In this document: in pieces, positions 1-8,689 of the stretch
How the letters are laid out: each line of letters begins with the position of its first letter
Numbering within the stretch: the first letter of the stretch is position 1
NCBI GenBank assembly: GCA_013359215.1
Contig: JABWCH010000011.1
Span: 1 to 53,751 of the forward strand
Direction of reading: 5' to 3'
DNA length: 53,751 bases
Origin: Candidatus Brocadiia bacterium
GTDB lineage: Bacteria; Planctomycetota; Uabimicrobiia; Uabimicrobiales; JABWCH01
Position numbers and translations under genes: made by a program
Notes under the pieces: generated by a model
What the model saw: only the letters and a program-made list of their open reading frames with translations
What the model was told of the DNA's origin: nothing
Database searches by the model: none

Positions 1-33
1 AGTCAACAGCGTTGGGACAACGCTCCTGGCAGT

Positions 34-396
34 TTATTTATGGTGTTCTGGTTTATGTTTGTTGATAGCGTGAGAGGCCATAATGCTGGCTACGCCTTGT
101 TTGCTCCAATTGTTTTCTGGAGGAGCATTTCTATAACGCAATTTTTTAATCTGAAATTTTTTATCAATCGCTACAGCAACTGCTGCTGAGATAACAGCAA
201 GCAGCTCAGGCGGAAGGTCATGGGGGTATTTTTCTTCGACCTTGACTTCTGTTGTATGAGCAGGTGCAGGTTGCATAGAGACTTTGTTCAATTTTTTGAA
301 CAATCCAATAATACCTGCGACCAGAATCAATGAAATATAGACCACTGTCATAGCAATAACAGTGATCCTAAACGCAAAAACAAGTTCTTCTGACAT
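34..396 (-). CDS. OadG/MmdD-family membrane anchor subunit of a Na+-translocating decarboxylase
   Basis: N-terminal TM helix, Pro/Ala linker, 'ELLAVISAAVA' and C-terminal 'NNWSKQG' motifs typical of OadG; lies just downstream of a carboxyltransferase. Confidence 0.8.
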   Translation of the reverse strand: MSEELVFAFRITVIAMTVVYISLILVAGIIGLFKKLNKVSMQPAPAHTTEVKVEEKYPHDLPPELLAVISAAVAVAIDKKFQIKKLRYRNAPPENNWSKQGVASIMASHAINKHKPEHHK

Positions 397-423
397 AAGA
401 AATTTCCTTGCTAAAATTTGCCT

Positions 424-1977
424 TTACAAGGGGATCAATCCATGTTTCTTTTGTGGACGTAGCTCACGCTTGGTGCGCAAGGACTCCAGAGCAAGACTAA
501 GGTAGCGTCTTGTGTCCTGTGGCTCAATCACATCATCGATCAGATTTCTGCCAGCTCCAATAAAGGGATTGGCGAATTGGATCTGGTATTCCGATATGAA
601 TTCTTCGCGTGTTTTTTTAGGATTCGAGGATTTTTCGATTTCATCTTTATATATGATGCTTACTGCACCTTCAGCACCCATAACAGCAATTTCTCCTGTA
701 GGCCATGCTACAACTCTGTCGCATCCTAAATCTTTTCCGCACATGGCAAGATAAGCACCGCCGTAAGCTTTTCTTACGATGACGCTGATTTTAGGAACAG
801 TGGCAGCCGAATAGGCAAAGAGCATCTTCGCTCCGTGTCGGATGATTCCACCATGCTCTTGCTGTATCCCAGGCATAAAGCCAGGAACATCCACAAAAGT
901 AATAAGGGGAATATTGAAAGCATTGCAAAAACGGACAAAACGGGCGATTTTATCTGAGCTGTTGATATCCAGAACTCCTGCCATTACCATAGGTTGGTTG
1001 GCTACAATGCCTATGCTTCGGCCATTGATTCTGCCAAACCCAACCAGGGCATTGGGTGCGAATTCTTCCTGGACTTCGAGGAAATCTTCATTGTCCACAA
1101 TATTCAAGATAACCTCTTTCATATTATAGGCTTGCCGAGGGTTATCGGGAATGATTTTATTGAGGACTGGATTTTCGCTGACCAACAATTCTCCCTCGCT
1201 AAAGTCTGGGGGGTCTTCCATGTTGTTGGATGGCAAGAAGCTCAAAAGTTTTTTGCAAATTTCCATGGCATGTTCATCGTCATCCGCTACAAAATGGACA
1301 ACACCGCTGTAGGCAGTTTGAGCATAAAAGCCGCCTAATTCTTCGGAAGAAATCTCCTGGCCTGTTACTTCTTTGATAACCTGTGGCCCTGTGATGAACA
1401 TTCTTCCAGCTTTTTTGGTCATGATGATAAAGTCTGCCATTGCTGGAGAATAGGCTGCACCACCAGCGCAAGGACCTGCTATAATAGAAATTTGAGGAAC
1501 AACACCTGACAAAAGGACATTGCGGTAAAAAATACGACCATAACCGCTAAGAGACATGATTCCTTCCTGGATTCTTGCTCCACCGCTATCATTGATCATC
1601 ACAAAGGGAGCTCCGCATTTGAGAGACATGTCCATCATCTGGCAAATCTTATCGGCATGCACTTCCCCTACAGAGCCACCAAGGATAGTAAAATCCTGGG
1701 AAGCCAAAAAGACTTGACGGCCTTCTACGCATCCAAGACCTGTAATTACTCCATCAGCAGCTTGCTCTTTATCCTTGAGTCCAAAGCCTGTGCAGCGATG
1801 TTGGGAAAAGAGGTACATTTCTTGAAATGTATTCTCGTCCAGAAGGCAAGCGACTCTTTCACGAGCAGACAATTTGCCTGATTCGTGCTGTTTTTCGATT
1901 CGCTTTGCTCCTCCTCCCATCCATAGCCGTTTTTTCATTTCACGCAATTTTTCGATTTTTTCTTGGGTTGTACTCAT
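424..1977 (-). CDS. mmdA: Acyl-CoA carboxyltransferase (methylmalonyl-CoA decarboxylase alpha / PccB family)
   Basis: GGGAKRIEKQH, DSGGARIQEG, GPCAGGAAYSPA, DVPGFMPG, RKAYGGAY and KKHGLIPL motifs; start moved to the ATG at 1977 (MSTTQEK), which follows an AGGA Shine-Dalgarno. Confidence 0.85.
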   Translation of the reverse strand: MSTTQEKIEKLREMKKRLWMGGGAKRIEKQHESGKLSARERVACLLDENTFQEMYLFSQHRCTGFGLKDKEQAADGVITGLGCVEGRQVFLASQDFTILGGSVGEVHADKICQMMDMSLKCGAPFVMINDSGGARIQEGIMSLSGYGRIFYRNVLLSGVVPQISIIAGPCAGGAAYSPAMADFIIMTKKAGRMFITGPQVIKEVTGQEISSEELGGFYAQTAYSGVVHFVADDDEHAMEICKKLLSFLPSNNMEDPPDFSEGELLVSENPVLNKIIPDNPRQAYNMKEVILNIVDNEDFLEVQEEFAPNALVGFGRINGRSIGIVANQPMVMAGVLDINSSDKIARFVRFCNAFNIPLITFVDVPGFMPGIQQEHGGIIRHGAKMLFAYSAATVPKISVIVRKAYGGAYLAMCGKDLGCDRVVAWPTGEIAVMGAEGAVSIIYKDEIEKSSNPKKTREEFISEYQIQFANPFIGAGRNLIDDVIEPQDTRRYLSLALESLRTKRELRPQKKHGLIPL

Positions 1978-2094
1978 AACTTTCCTAATCAAAATACAAA
2001 AGGGGAAAAATCCCCTGACTAAAAAGAAGATACGCATTTTATTCCCAGTATTTGCGAATAAAATGCGTAGATTTGTACGGAATAAATATTACCA

Positions 2095-2263
2095 TAGAAA
2101 CTAAGAAGTTAGATGTTTGCTGAAAAAGCAAAAATTTTTATCACGAATAGAACGAATGGTCGAATGGCACGAATAGTTTTTATAAAAATTTCATTCGCAT
2201 AATTTTGTATATTCGTCTTATTCGTGATTAATACTTTTTGGGTTTCGGTTTCTCCGAGATAGG
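2095..2263 (+). repeat. ~165-bp intergenic element, family A copy 1 (inverted CGAAT/ATTCG arrays)
   Basis: Aligns by eye along its length with 46494-46660 and with the reverse complement of 39448-39605. Confidence 0.9.
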
Positions 2264-2278
2264 TGTTATGGATAATAT

Positions 2279-3436
2279 TTACAGCAATAATGAAATATCA
2301 TATACCGTATATTCAGGAGCAATATCTTTGGTCGATGGTAGCTCTATAATTTGGGGTCTTTTGGGTTCATTGCTGATTTCCACAGGATAGGACTTATCAT
2401 ACCCCAATCTTATAATCCCTTCTTCTAAAAGCATAATTGCTCCGCCTATAAGGGTTTCCATTCTGGGATGTTTCCTGAAGTCCAGAGTTGTTCCATAGCG
2501 GCTGCCTAAATCCTGGATATACCATTGACCATAGCTATGAAAAATTTGAAAATTTTGGCGGGAGATGCTTCGCTCTCTTCGCCCTAGATTGATAAAACAA
2601 AAATTTTCTTCATCAAATTCAATGTTTCGTATATCATTGGTGCTGCGGCCTACAATATAAATTTTTTCAGGTTTAAGTTCCAAGGATATGTTTTCTCTTA
2701 GCAGATTGAGATAGTATGGCTGGTTGTCTGGATTGCTGGCATCTATTTTGCCTGAGTGCATGGTTCTCAGGATTAGTCTTGTTCCATTGGAGAATTCTAT
2801 TCTGTCACCAATATGCAAAGGGATGATGACATCCTTTTCATCGCTTAGAATAAGCTTTCCCATGGCATCGTTTGTAATGCGGATTTTATTTTTAGAAAAA
2901 GTTCTTAAATGAAATTGCTTATTTTCAAAAAAAAGTACATCTTCTGATGGCAATAGTGGGATTTTTTCTTCGGTATTTAAAAAAAATATGTCCCCTTCGC
3001 CAGGAAAATCGCGCATCATAAAATAAAAAAAATCGCTTTTATAATCGAAATCGTAGTCCTTTGGCTTTTCTTCCTGGGCTTCTGTTTTTTGTCGCAGGCC
3101 AATCGTTAGCAAGGATGTTTCCTGGCTTCTTTTAGAAAATTCGATTACATTGGTCTGTTGCTCACATAAAGGATAATAGTAAGAGCCCCATTCTTGGTCA
3201 TAAGCTTGCCTTTTGCTGATCGTAGAAAGCAGACGATCTTTTACCATAGCAAACTTTCGCTCCATATCTATGGCAAAATTTTCTTTTTGGAGCATATCGC
3301 CTAAGTTGTTCCAATCAGAAGATTCTAGTTTAAGAATGGCTAGATAAATGAGATTAGGAGGAGAGCTTGGAGGTATGCCAAGAAAGTTATAAAAATCAAC
3401 AAATTTTTTTGTTTCAAGACTCTCAAGGTTGCTCAT
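2279..3436 (-). CDS. FHA-domain protein with an N-terminal J-like domain
   Basis: C-terminal FHA motifs (IVGRS, SISRQ, IQDLGSRYGT); N-terminal 'DFYNFLGI...LLSTISKRQAYDQ' resembles a J-domain. Confidence 0.75.
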   Translation of the reverse strand: MSNLESLETKKFVDFYNFLGIPPSSPPNLIYLAILKLESSDWNNLGDMLQKENFAIDMERKFAMVKDRLLSTISKRQAYDQEWGSYYYPLCEQQTNVIEFSKRSQETSLLTIGLRQKTEAQEEKPKDYDFDYKSDFFYFMMRDFPGEGDIFFLNTEEKIPLLPSEDVLFFENKQFHLRTFSKNKIRITNDAMGKLILSDEKDVIIPLHIGDRIEFSNGTRLILRTMHSGKIDASNPDNQPYYLNLLRENISLELKPEKIYIVGRSTNDIRNIEFDEENFCFINLGRRERSISRQNFQIFHSYGQWYIQDLGSRYGTTLDFRKHPRMETLIGGAIMLLEEGIIRLGYDKSYPVEISNEPKRPQIIELPSTKDIAPEYTVYDISLLL

Positions 3437-3507
3437 AGTAATGCCTTAAAGTTTCATCTGGGAAATATGACAGAATTTTTTGATTTTGCAGTTTTTTGAT
3501 TTTAAAT

Positions 3508-4551
3508 TTATGAACTTTTGCTTCTTTTCCTGGCTAAGGAAATTGCACTGATTTCAATGAATTCTTCGTCGGATATGCCATCATCAAAAATGCTGTCTTC
3601 ATCAGATGTGCCATCTTCCAATTCCATGCCTATTTTATACCATTCTTCTTCATCTCTATGCTTTTTAAGCCTTTCCTTGCCTGATAAACCTGCGGCAATA
3701 AATTCTTGCTCTGAAGACTCTTCCCAATCATCGGTTTCTTCCCTTGTTTCAGAGACACCATAAGTGAAATCAGGCTCTTCTGTATGGGAATCTTCGTCTT
3801 TGGTTTGTTCGGCTGCACTTTTAAATTCTGTTAAGCCATCGGAAAGAATTTGTAAAGCACCAGCAGGCTTTGCTGCTTTTTCTTTTTTTACAGTAGCGGG
3901 CTTAGTTTGCTTCTGGGCAAGAGACTGCAATGTAATATTGAAAGAATCAATTTCTTCTAGTTTATATTTTATTAAAAGATTGTTATCAATTTTAACCTTC
4001 TGCCCGCATCTTTTGCAAGGAAATTCATTGACTTGCAAGCCTAGTATGTTGTATTGCAACTCACAGCCTTGACATGATATTACTAAACGATCTTGTTCTT
4101 CTAAAATTTTTTCTGCGTGGTTTATACTGAGATGCCCTTTATTTATGAGCAATTCGCTTAGACGGAAAAGCAGTCCTTTTTTTGCCATCTGGCTTTGCAG
4201 GCATAAACACTGGTATATGGCTTCCTGGTCTAAATAGTGGTTTTTAAAGCCTAAATAGCCAAATATCATATCATCTTTGCGTTCTTGTGGATTTATTGCA
4301 GGCTTGGGAAGCTTTCTTTTTTGTGTTTCGAGAATATCTCTAAACTGTCCTCGGCTGATATATCCTTTTTCCATTAAAATCAGCGCAACAGGACAAAAAT
4401 GTTCTCGGGTTCTTTGTGTTTCCAGAGCTTCTTCTAGTTGTTCTTTGGTGATGAAATTGTTTAGCAGTGCAATGCGGCCAAAAAGGGAATCTTCTTTGAT
4501 GAGAGCCATATTTTTTCTCAAACTGGGAAATGGAATTATTGAACCAGACAT
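3508..4551 (-). CDS. Hypothetical protein with MshEN/GspE-N-like helical repeats, a Zn ribbon and an acidic tail
   Basis: Repeated 'LFGRIAL..NFITKEQLEEAL..Q'-type units; CQGC...CKRC; D/E-rich C-terminus. Confidence 0.65.
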   Translation of the reverse strand: MSGSIIPFPSLRKNMALIKEDSLFGRIALLNNFITKEQLEEALETQRTREHFCPVALILMEKGYISRGQFRDILETQKRKLPKPAINPQERKDDMIFGYLGFKNHYLDQEAIYQCLCLQSQMAKKGLLFRLSELLINKGHLSINHAEKILEEQDRLVISCQGCELQYNILGLQVNEFPCKRCGQKVKIDNNLLIKYKLEEIDSFNITLQSLAQKQTKPATVKKEKAAKPAGALQILSDGLTEFKSAAEQTKDEDSHTEEPDFTYGVSETREETDDWEESSEQEFIAAGLSGKERLKKHRDEEEWYKIGMELEDGTSDEDSIFDDGISDEEFIEISAISLARKRSKSS

Positions 4552-4791
4552 ACATTATATTATTTTGATAATTTCACATTTCTACATCAAGGAGAAATAG
4601 AGAGAAATCGAGAGACAAAATGTGACTTTATCAAGTTATCCAAAACCATATAGAAAATTATATCATAGTTTTGTTGTTTTGTCTAGTGAATAAGTTAATA
4701 ATGCTAGATTCGTTTAGAGAGAAGGACATTAGATGGGAAATATTTGTTATAAAGGGAAATTAAGAAGAAAAAAGATATGTATAAAAAAAAA

Positions 4792-4884
4792 TGGCGGAGA
4801 GGGCGGGATTCGAACCCGCGGAGGCGAATAAATCACCTCAACAGATTAGCAATCTGCCGCTTTCAGCCACTCAGCCACCTCTCC
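4792..4884 (-). tRNA. tRNA-Ser(GCT)
   Basis: Reverse complement GGAGAGG...GATT-GCT-AATC, long variable arm, GTTCGAATCC T-loop, encoded CCA. Confidence 0.97.
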
Positions 4885-4910
4885 ATACCAAATTTATATG
4901 CAATTCTCAA

Positions 4911-4996
4911 CGGAGGGAGTAGGATTTGAACCCACGGTCCCTGAGGGGGACAACGGTTTTCAAGACCGCCGCAATAAGCCGCTCTGCCATCCCTCC
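4911..4996 (-). tRNA. tRNA-Ser(TGA)
   Basis: Reverse complement GGAGGGA...GGTCT-TGA-AAACC, long variable arm, GTTCAAATCC T-loop; CCA not encoded. Confidence 0.95.
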
Positions 4997-5010
4997 AAAT
5001 ATCGTACGTT

Positions 5011-5038
5011 ATTATAGCAAAATTATCATGGTTGTCAA
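5011..5038 (-). promoter_or_regulatory. Sigma70 promoter for the tRNA-Ser pair
   Basis: On the minus strand: TTGACA, 16-nt spacer, TATAAT, with extended -10 TGn. Confidence 0.85.
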
Positions 5039-5136
5039 ACAAAAAAAATAATTTATTTTTTAATCAATATAATTAATTTTCAAATAAAGATTTATAGACT
5101 ATTTTTATAAAAAGTTGTTTTTTATCGAAATTTCAT

Positions 5137-5164
5137 TTGACAATCCAATATAAATTGCTATAAT
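5137..5164 (+). promoter_or_regulatory. Sigma70 promoter for tRNA-Gln-prs
   Basis: TTGACA (5137-5142), 16-nt spacer, TATAAT (5159-5164), with extended -10 TGn. Confidence 0.85.
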
Positions 5165-5184
5165 ACACGCAGTAAATAAAAGTT

Positions 5185-5259
5185 TACCCGGTAGTGTAAT
5201 TGGCAACACAACAGGTTTTGGTCCTGTATTTTGAGGTTCAAGTCCTCACCGGGTAGCCA
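5185..5259 (+). tRNA. tRNA-Gln(TTG)
   Basis: TACCCGG/CCGGGTA acceptor stem, ACAGG-TTTTGGT-CCTGT anticodon arm, GTTCAAGTCC, CCA; usual position upstream of prs. Confidence 0.96.
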
Positions 5260-5415
5260 CTAGATTTTAGATATACCCACACACATTCTACAATCATCAA
5301 TCAATTTCCAATAAATTCATACCTATCCCCCTTACTACATTTTATAATCAAAATAAAATATCTATCCTTTAATTTTTTTTAACCTTCATCAGCTAAAAAA
5401 TCTTGGAATACTACT

Positions 5416-6360
5416 ATGGAGAAATTTGTTATCATTTCTGGGACAGCACACCCTGAACTCTCTGCGGATATTGGCAAATATCTGAATTTGGAATTAGGGG
5501 CAGTTGATATCAAGAAATTTCCTGATCAAGAATTAGATGTAAAAATCAATTCTGATGTAAGAGGTGCGGATGTTTTTGTTGTTCAGCCTACCTGCACTCC
5601 AGGCAACGAAAACCTCATGGAATTGTTAATTTTAATCGATTGCCTAAAACGAGCTTCTGCAGAAAGAATTACGGCTGTGATTCCTTATTATGGTTATGCT
5701 CGAAAGGACAGGAAAGACGCTGGTCGTGTCCCCATTACCGCCAAGCTTGTTGCCAACCTCATAACCACTGCTGGCGCCCATCGTGTTTTGACTATAGACC
5801 TTCATGCTGAACAAATACAAGGTTTTTTTGATATTCCTGTGGATCATTTATTAGCATGGGTTGCATTCATTCCCTATTTTTCAAGTCTTCAAATCGAAAA
5901 TTTAGTTGTTGTAAGCCCTGATGTTGGAAGCATTAAGCAGGCAAGAGCTTATGCTAAAAAGCTAGGGGGAGATCTTGCTGTCATAGATAAAAGAAGGGAA
6001 TCTGCAACTTGTATTGAAAGCATACAATTGATCGGTGACGTTCAAGGAAAAAATGTATTGATCGTAGATGATATGATCAGTACAGGCAATTCTATAGTAG
6101 AAGCATGCAAGCTAGTCAAAAAAAATGGAGCTAAAGACGTTTATCTCTGTGCAACACACGCTGTTCTTTGTCCTGGCTCAATAGAATTATTGAACCAATC
6201 TGGTGCCAAACAAGTCGTGGTTAGCAACACGATTCCCATAGGCCCACAAAAAAATATTGCTAATTTAAAAATAATTTCTATGGCATCATATTTGGGCGAA
6301 GCTATTTCAAGAATTCACAAAAGCGAATCCGTGAGTGAACTATTTGGACGAATTATTTAA
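5416..6360 (+). CDS. prs: Ribose-phosphate pyrophosphokinase
   Basis: PYYGYARKDRK, DLHAEQIQGFFDIP, VVSPDVG and IVDDMISTG motifs. Confidence 0.97.
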   Translation: MEKFVIISGTAHPELSADIGKYLNLELGAVDIKKFPDQELDVKINSDVRGADVFVVQPTCTPGNENLMELLILIDCLKRASAERITAVIPYYGYARKDRKDAGRVPITAKLVANLITTAGAHRVLTIDLHAEQIQGFFDIPVDHLLAWVAFIPYFSSLQIENLVVVSPDVGSIKQARAYAKKLGGDLAVIDKRRESATCIESIQLIGDVQGKNVLIVDDMISTGNSIVEACKLVKKNGAKDVYLCATHAVLCPGSIELLNQSGAKQVVVSNTIPIGPQKNIANLKIISMASYLGEAISRIHKSESVSELFGRII

Positions 6361-6379
6361 GGATTAACCAGATAATTTC

Positions 6380-6407
6380 TTGACTTCTAAAAAAAAAAAT
6401 ATACAAT
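6380..6407 (+). promoter_or_regulatory. Putative sigma70 promoter upstream of rplY
   Basis: TTGACT, 16-nt spacer, TACAAT; the spacer contains an A11 tract. Confidence 0.5.
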
Positions 6408-6740
6408 TTCCTCAAAATTTTCAGCAAATATTCTGCTAAATGTTGGCTTATTCAACTCAAACAACAGCAGTAAAAAATAAATTTTTTAGTTGAAATAATT
6501 TTAAAAAAATATATCATTAAGCTGGAGTTTTACTCCACAGGATGAATTTGGCAATTCAATATTGCCTAAAAAATACGCATCGTTCGGTAGCAACTATTTG
6601 CTTGCAAACTATGGTTTTATAAGCCTGACCTTAAATGGTCGAACGGAGCGTAAATATCTACATGAACTGACAGCAGATTGCTGTTTTAGACACCTAGTAA
6701 TTTGTTTATATCGTAGCCTCAAGAAAGGAACAGGATCACA

Positions 6741-7370
6741 ATGACTACCATTGCAGTTGAAAAGAGATCGCTGCTAGGTAAAAATGCTTGCAAAAAGCTC
6801 CGAGCAAACGGTCGAATCCCTGGAACTGTTTATGGACAAAAAAAAGAAGTTTTGTCTATAGATCTATCCCTGGAAGACCTTTTATCTATAATTAAAAAAA
6901 GAGAAAAATTAGTACAGCTTCAGATGAATAAAGAGTTAGAAGATGTCATAGTAAAAGAAATTCACTATGATACTTTTGGCGAAAAAGTATATCATATAGA
7001 TTTTTGCAGAATCGATATGAAAGCCAAGATCACCGTAACAGTTCCTCTGTCTTTTATAGGAATACCTAAAGGTGTCAAGGCTGGTGGTATATGGCAAAAA
7101 GCTATCCAAAAAGTTCAGATTACTTGCCTCCCTGTAGAAATTCCAGAATCTATATCCGTCAATGTTGAAGGCTTAGAAGTAGGACAAAACATTCGCGTTA
7201 AAGATTTAGTAGTTTCTAAAACCATTGAAATCAAAAATGATGCAGACAACATTGTCACTTTTGTCAATGCTGCAAAAGAAGAGCAAGCTACTACTGAGCT
7301 ACCTGGTGAAGAGAGAGTAGAGCCACAGGTAATCAAAAAAGCCAAATCTGACGACGATGAGGAAGCTTAG
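6741..7370 (+). CDS. rplY: 50S ribosomal protein L25/Ctc (long form)
   Basis: 'LRANGRIPGTVYG', 'HIDF', 'GVKAGG' and 'IPESISVNV' motifs; prs-rplY-pth order. Confidence 0.95.
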   Translation: MTTIAVEKRSLLGKNACKKLRANGRIPGTVYGQKKEVLSIDLSLEDLLSIIKKREKLVQLQMNKELEDVIVKEIHYDTFGEKVYHIDFCRIDMKAKITVTVPLSFIGIPKGVKAGGIWQKAIQKVQITCLPVEIPESISVNVEGLEVGQNIRVKDLVVSKTIEIKNDADNIVTFVNAAKEEQATTELPGEERVEPQVIKKAKSDDDEEA

Positions 7371-7386
7371 TCTTTACTGAGAGCCA

Positions 7387-7983
7387 ATGGAAGCTAACAG
7401 AGTAGAAAAAATTATTTTGGGAATTGGTAATCCAGGCACCCAATATGAGATGACAAGGCATAATATAGGATTTCGGGTTATAGACCATCTTATTTCATAC
7501 CTAAAAATTTCTTTTGAAAACTCTCTGTGGAATGGATTAGCTGCTAAAATGCATATAGAAAACCAGGAATGGATATTCATTAAGCCTATGACTTATGTTA
7601 ATTTAAGTGGCGAGTGTGCAAAAGCAGTTTTATCCCAATACGAGCTTCCTTATTCTTCCTTATTGGTTATAGTAGATGATCTTGCGCTTCCTGTCGGAAA
7701 AATACGTTTGCGACAAAAAGGAAGCAGTGGAGGCCATCGAGGTCTAGATTCAATAATTCAAAGTTTAGGAACTACAGAATTTCCAAGACTAAGAATTGGA
7801 ATTGGCAATTGTATAGACCCAGAAAAGGCTTCTTATGTTCTATCTCCCTTTACCTTGGAAGAAGAAAAAATCCTGACCGAGGTTATACCAAAAGCAGGAG
7901 AAGTAGCCATTTCCTGGGCGAAAGAGTCTAGTATTAATAAAGTTATGAACCAAACTAATGCAACTATAACGAATCATGAGTAG
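7387..7983 (+). CDS. pth: Peptidyl-tRNA hydrolase
   Basis: GIGNPG, TRHNIGF, KPMTYVNLSG, GSSGGHRG and RLRIGIG motifs. Confidence 0.97.
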   Translation: MEANRVEKIILGIGNPGTQYEMTRHNIGFRVIDHLISYLKISFENSLWNGLAAKMHIENQEWIFIKPMTYVNLSGECAKAVLSQYELPYSSLLVIVDDLALPVGKIRLRQKGSSGGHRGLDSIIQSLGTTEFPRLRIGIGNCIDPEKASYVLSPFTLEEEKILTEVIPKAGEVAISWAKESSINKVMNQTNATITNHE

Positions 7984-7992
7984 GAAAACAGT

Positions 7993-8406
7993 ATGAAATT
8001 AGGAAAAGGAAAGCACTCATACGAAGGAATGTTTATGCTTGATCCCACTAAAGCCAGCCAGGAGTGGGATAGTTTAAAAAAACAAATCACCGAAATGATT
8101 GAGCGTAGAGCTGGGTCCGTCTTACACTCAAGAAAATGGGGTGAAAAGAAGCTTGCCTATGAAATCAAAGGCAACAAACGAGCTACTTATTTATTAATGT
8201 ATTTCGAAATGCCCCCTGAAAATGTCAATGTTTTAAGAAGAGATCTTCAGTTATCAGAAATCGTTATGAGAACATTGATCATTGTTCAAAACAATCCTAA
8301 GGCAGAACAAGAAAAATTCCTGTCTGAAAAGGAAGATGCATCCCAAGAGGCTACTGATCCCAATGCTCTAGCCGATGCACAAAACCAAGAGAAGTCTGAT
8401 AAATAG
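7993..8406 (+). CDS. rpsF: 30S ribosomal protein S6
   Basis: YEGMF and WGEKKLAYEI motifs; precedes ssb-rpsR. Confidence 0.95.
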   Translation: MKLGKGKHSYEGMFMLDPTKASQEWDSLKKQITEMIERRAGSVLHSRKWGEKKLAYEIKGNKRATYLLMYFEMPPENVNVLRRDLQLSEIVMRTLIIVQNNPKAEQEKFLSEKEDASQEATDPNALADAQNQEKSDK

Positions 8407-8689
8407 ATCATCGCTCAAGAAAATGCACGCAGTGTAGACGAATGGATTGTTGTATAAAAAATGGAAACTTTTTGTACACAGCTACATTTTATCTTAAACT
8501 GGCACAATCAGTGCAGCAAGATTGATAGAATTTCTGCTGCAAAGTCTGAGGTTGGTTCGTCACACATCTAGGTACCCTGAAATGAAAGTGTAAGATTTAT
8601 GGTAAGAGCCATAACACAATATAAAATAGAAATTTCTGATTATGAGCGTAAGACAGAAATAGGTGGCTTTTAGGAGAAGGGTTCAGAAA

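Noticed and set aside
2141-2228. CGAAT arrays as a CRISPR array
   Set aside because: Units are 8-9 nt with no 25-45-nt unique spacers, arms are inverted, and no cas genes are present.
4911-4996. tRNA-Sec or suppressor tRNA
   Set aside because: The anticodon reads TGA (Ser, decoding UCA), not TCA, and the acceptor stem is the normal 7 bp.
6389-6399. Phase-variable A11 tract in a promoter spacer
   Set aside because: Poly-A runs are common in this AT-rich DNA and the downstream genes are housekeeping; there is no evidence without reads.
6562-6744. 60-aa ORF before rplY
   Set aside because: TTG start, no motif, and it overlaps the structured leader; probably not coding.
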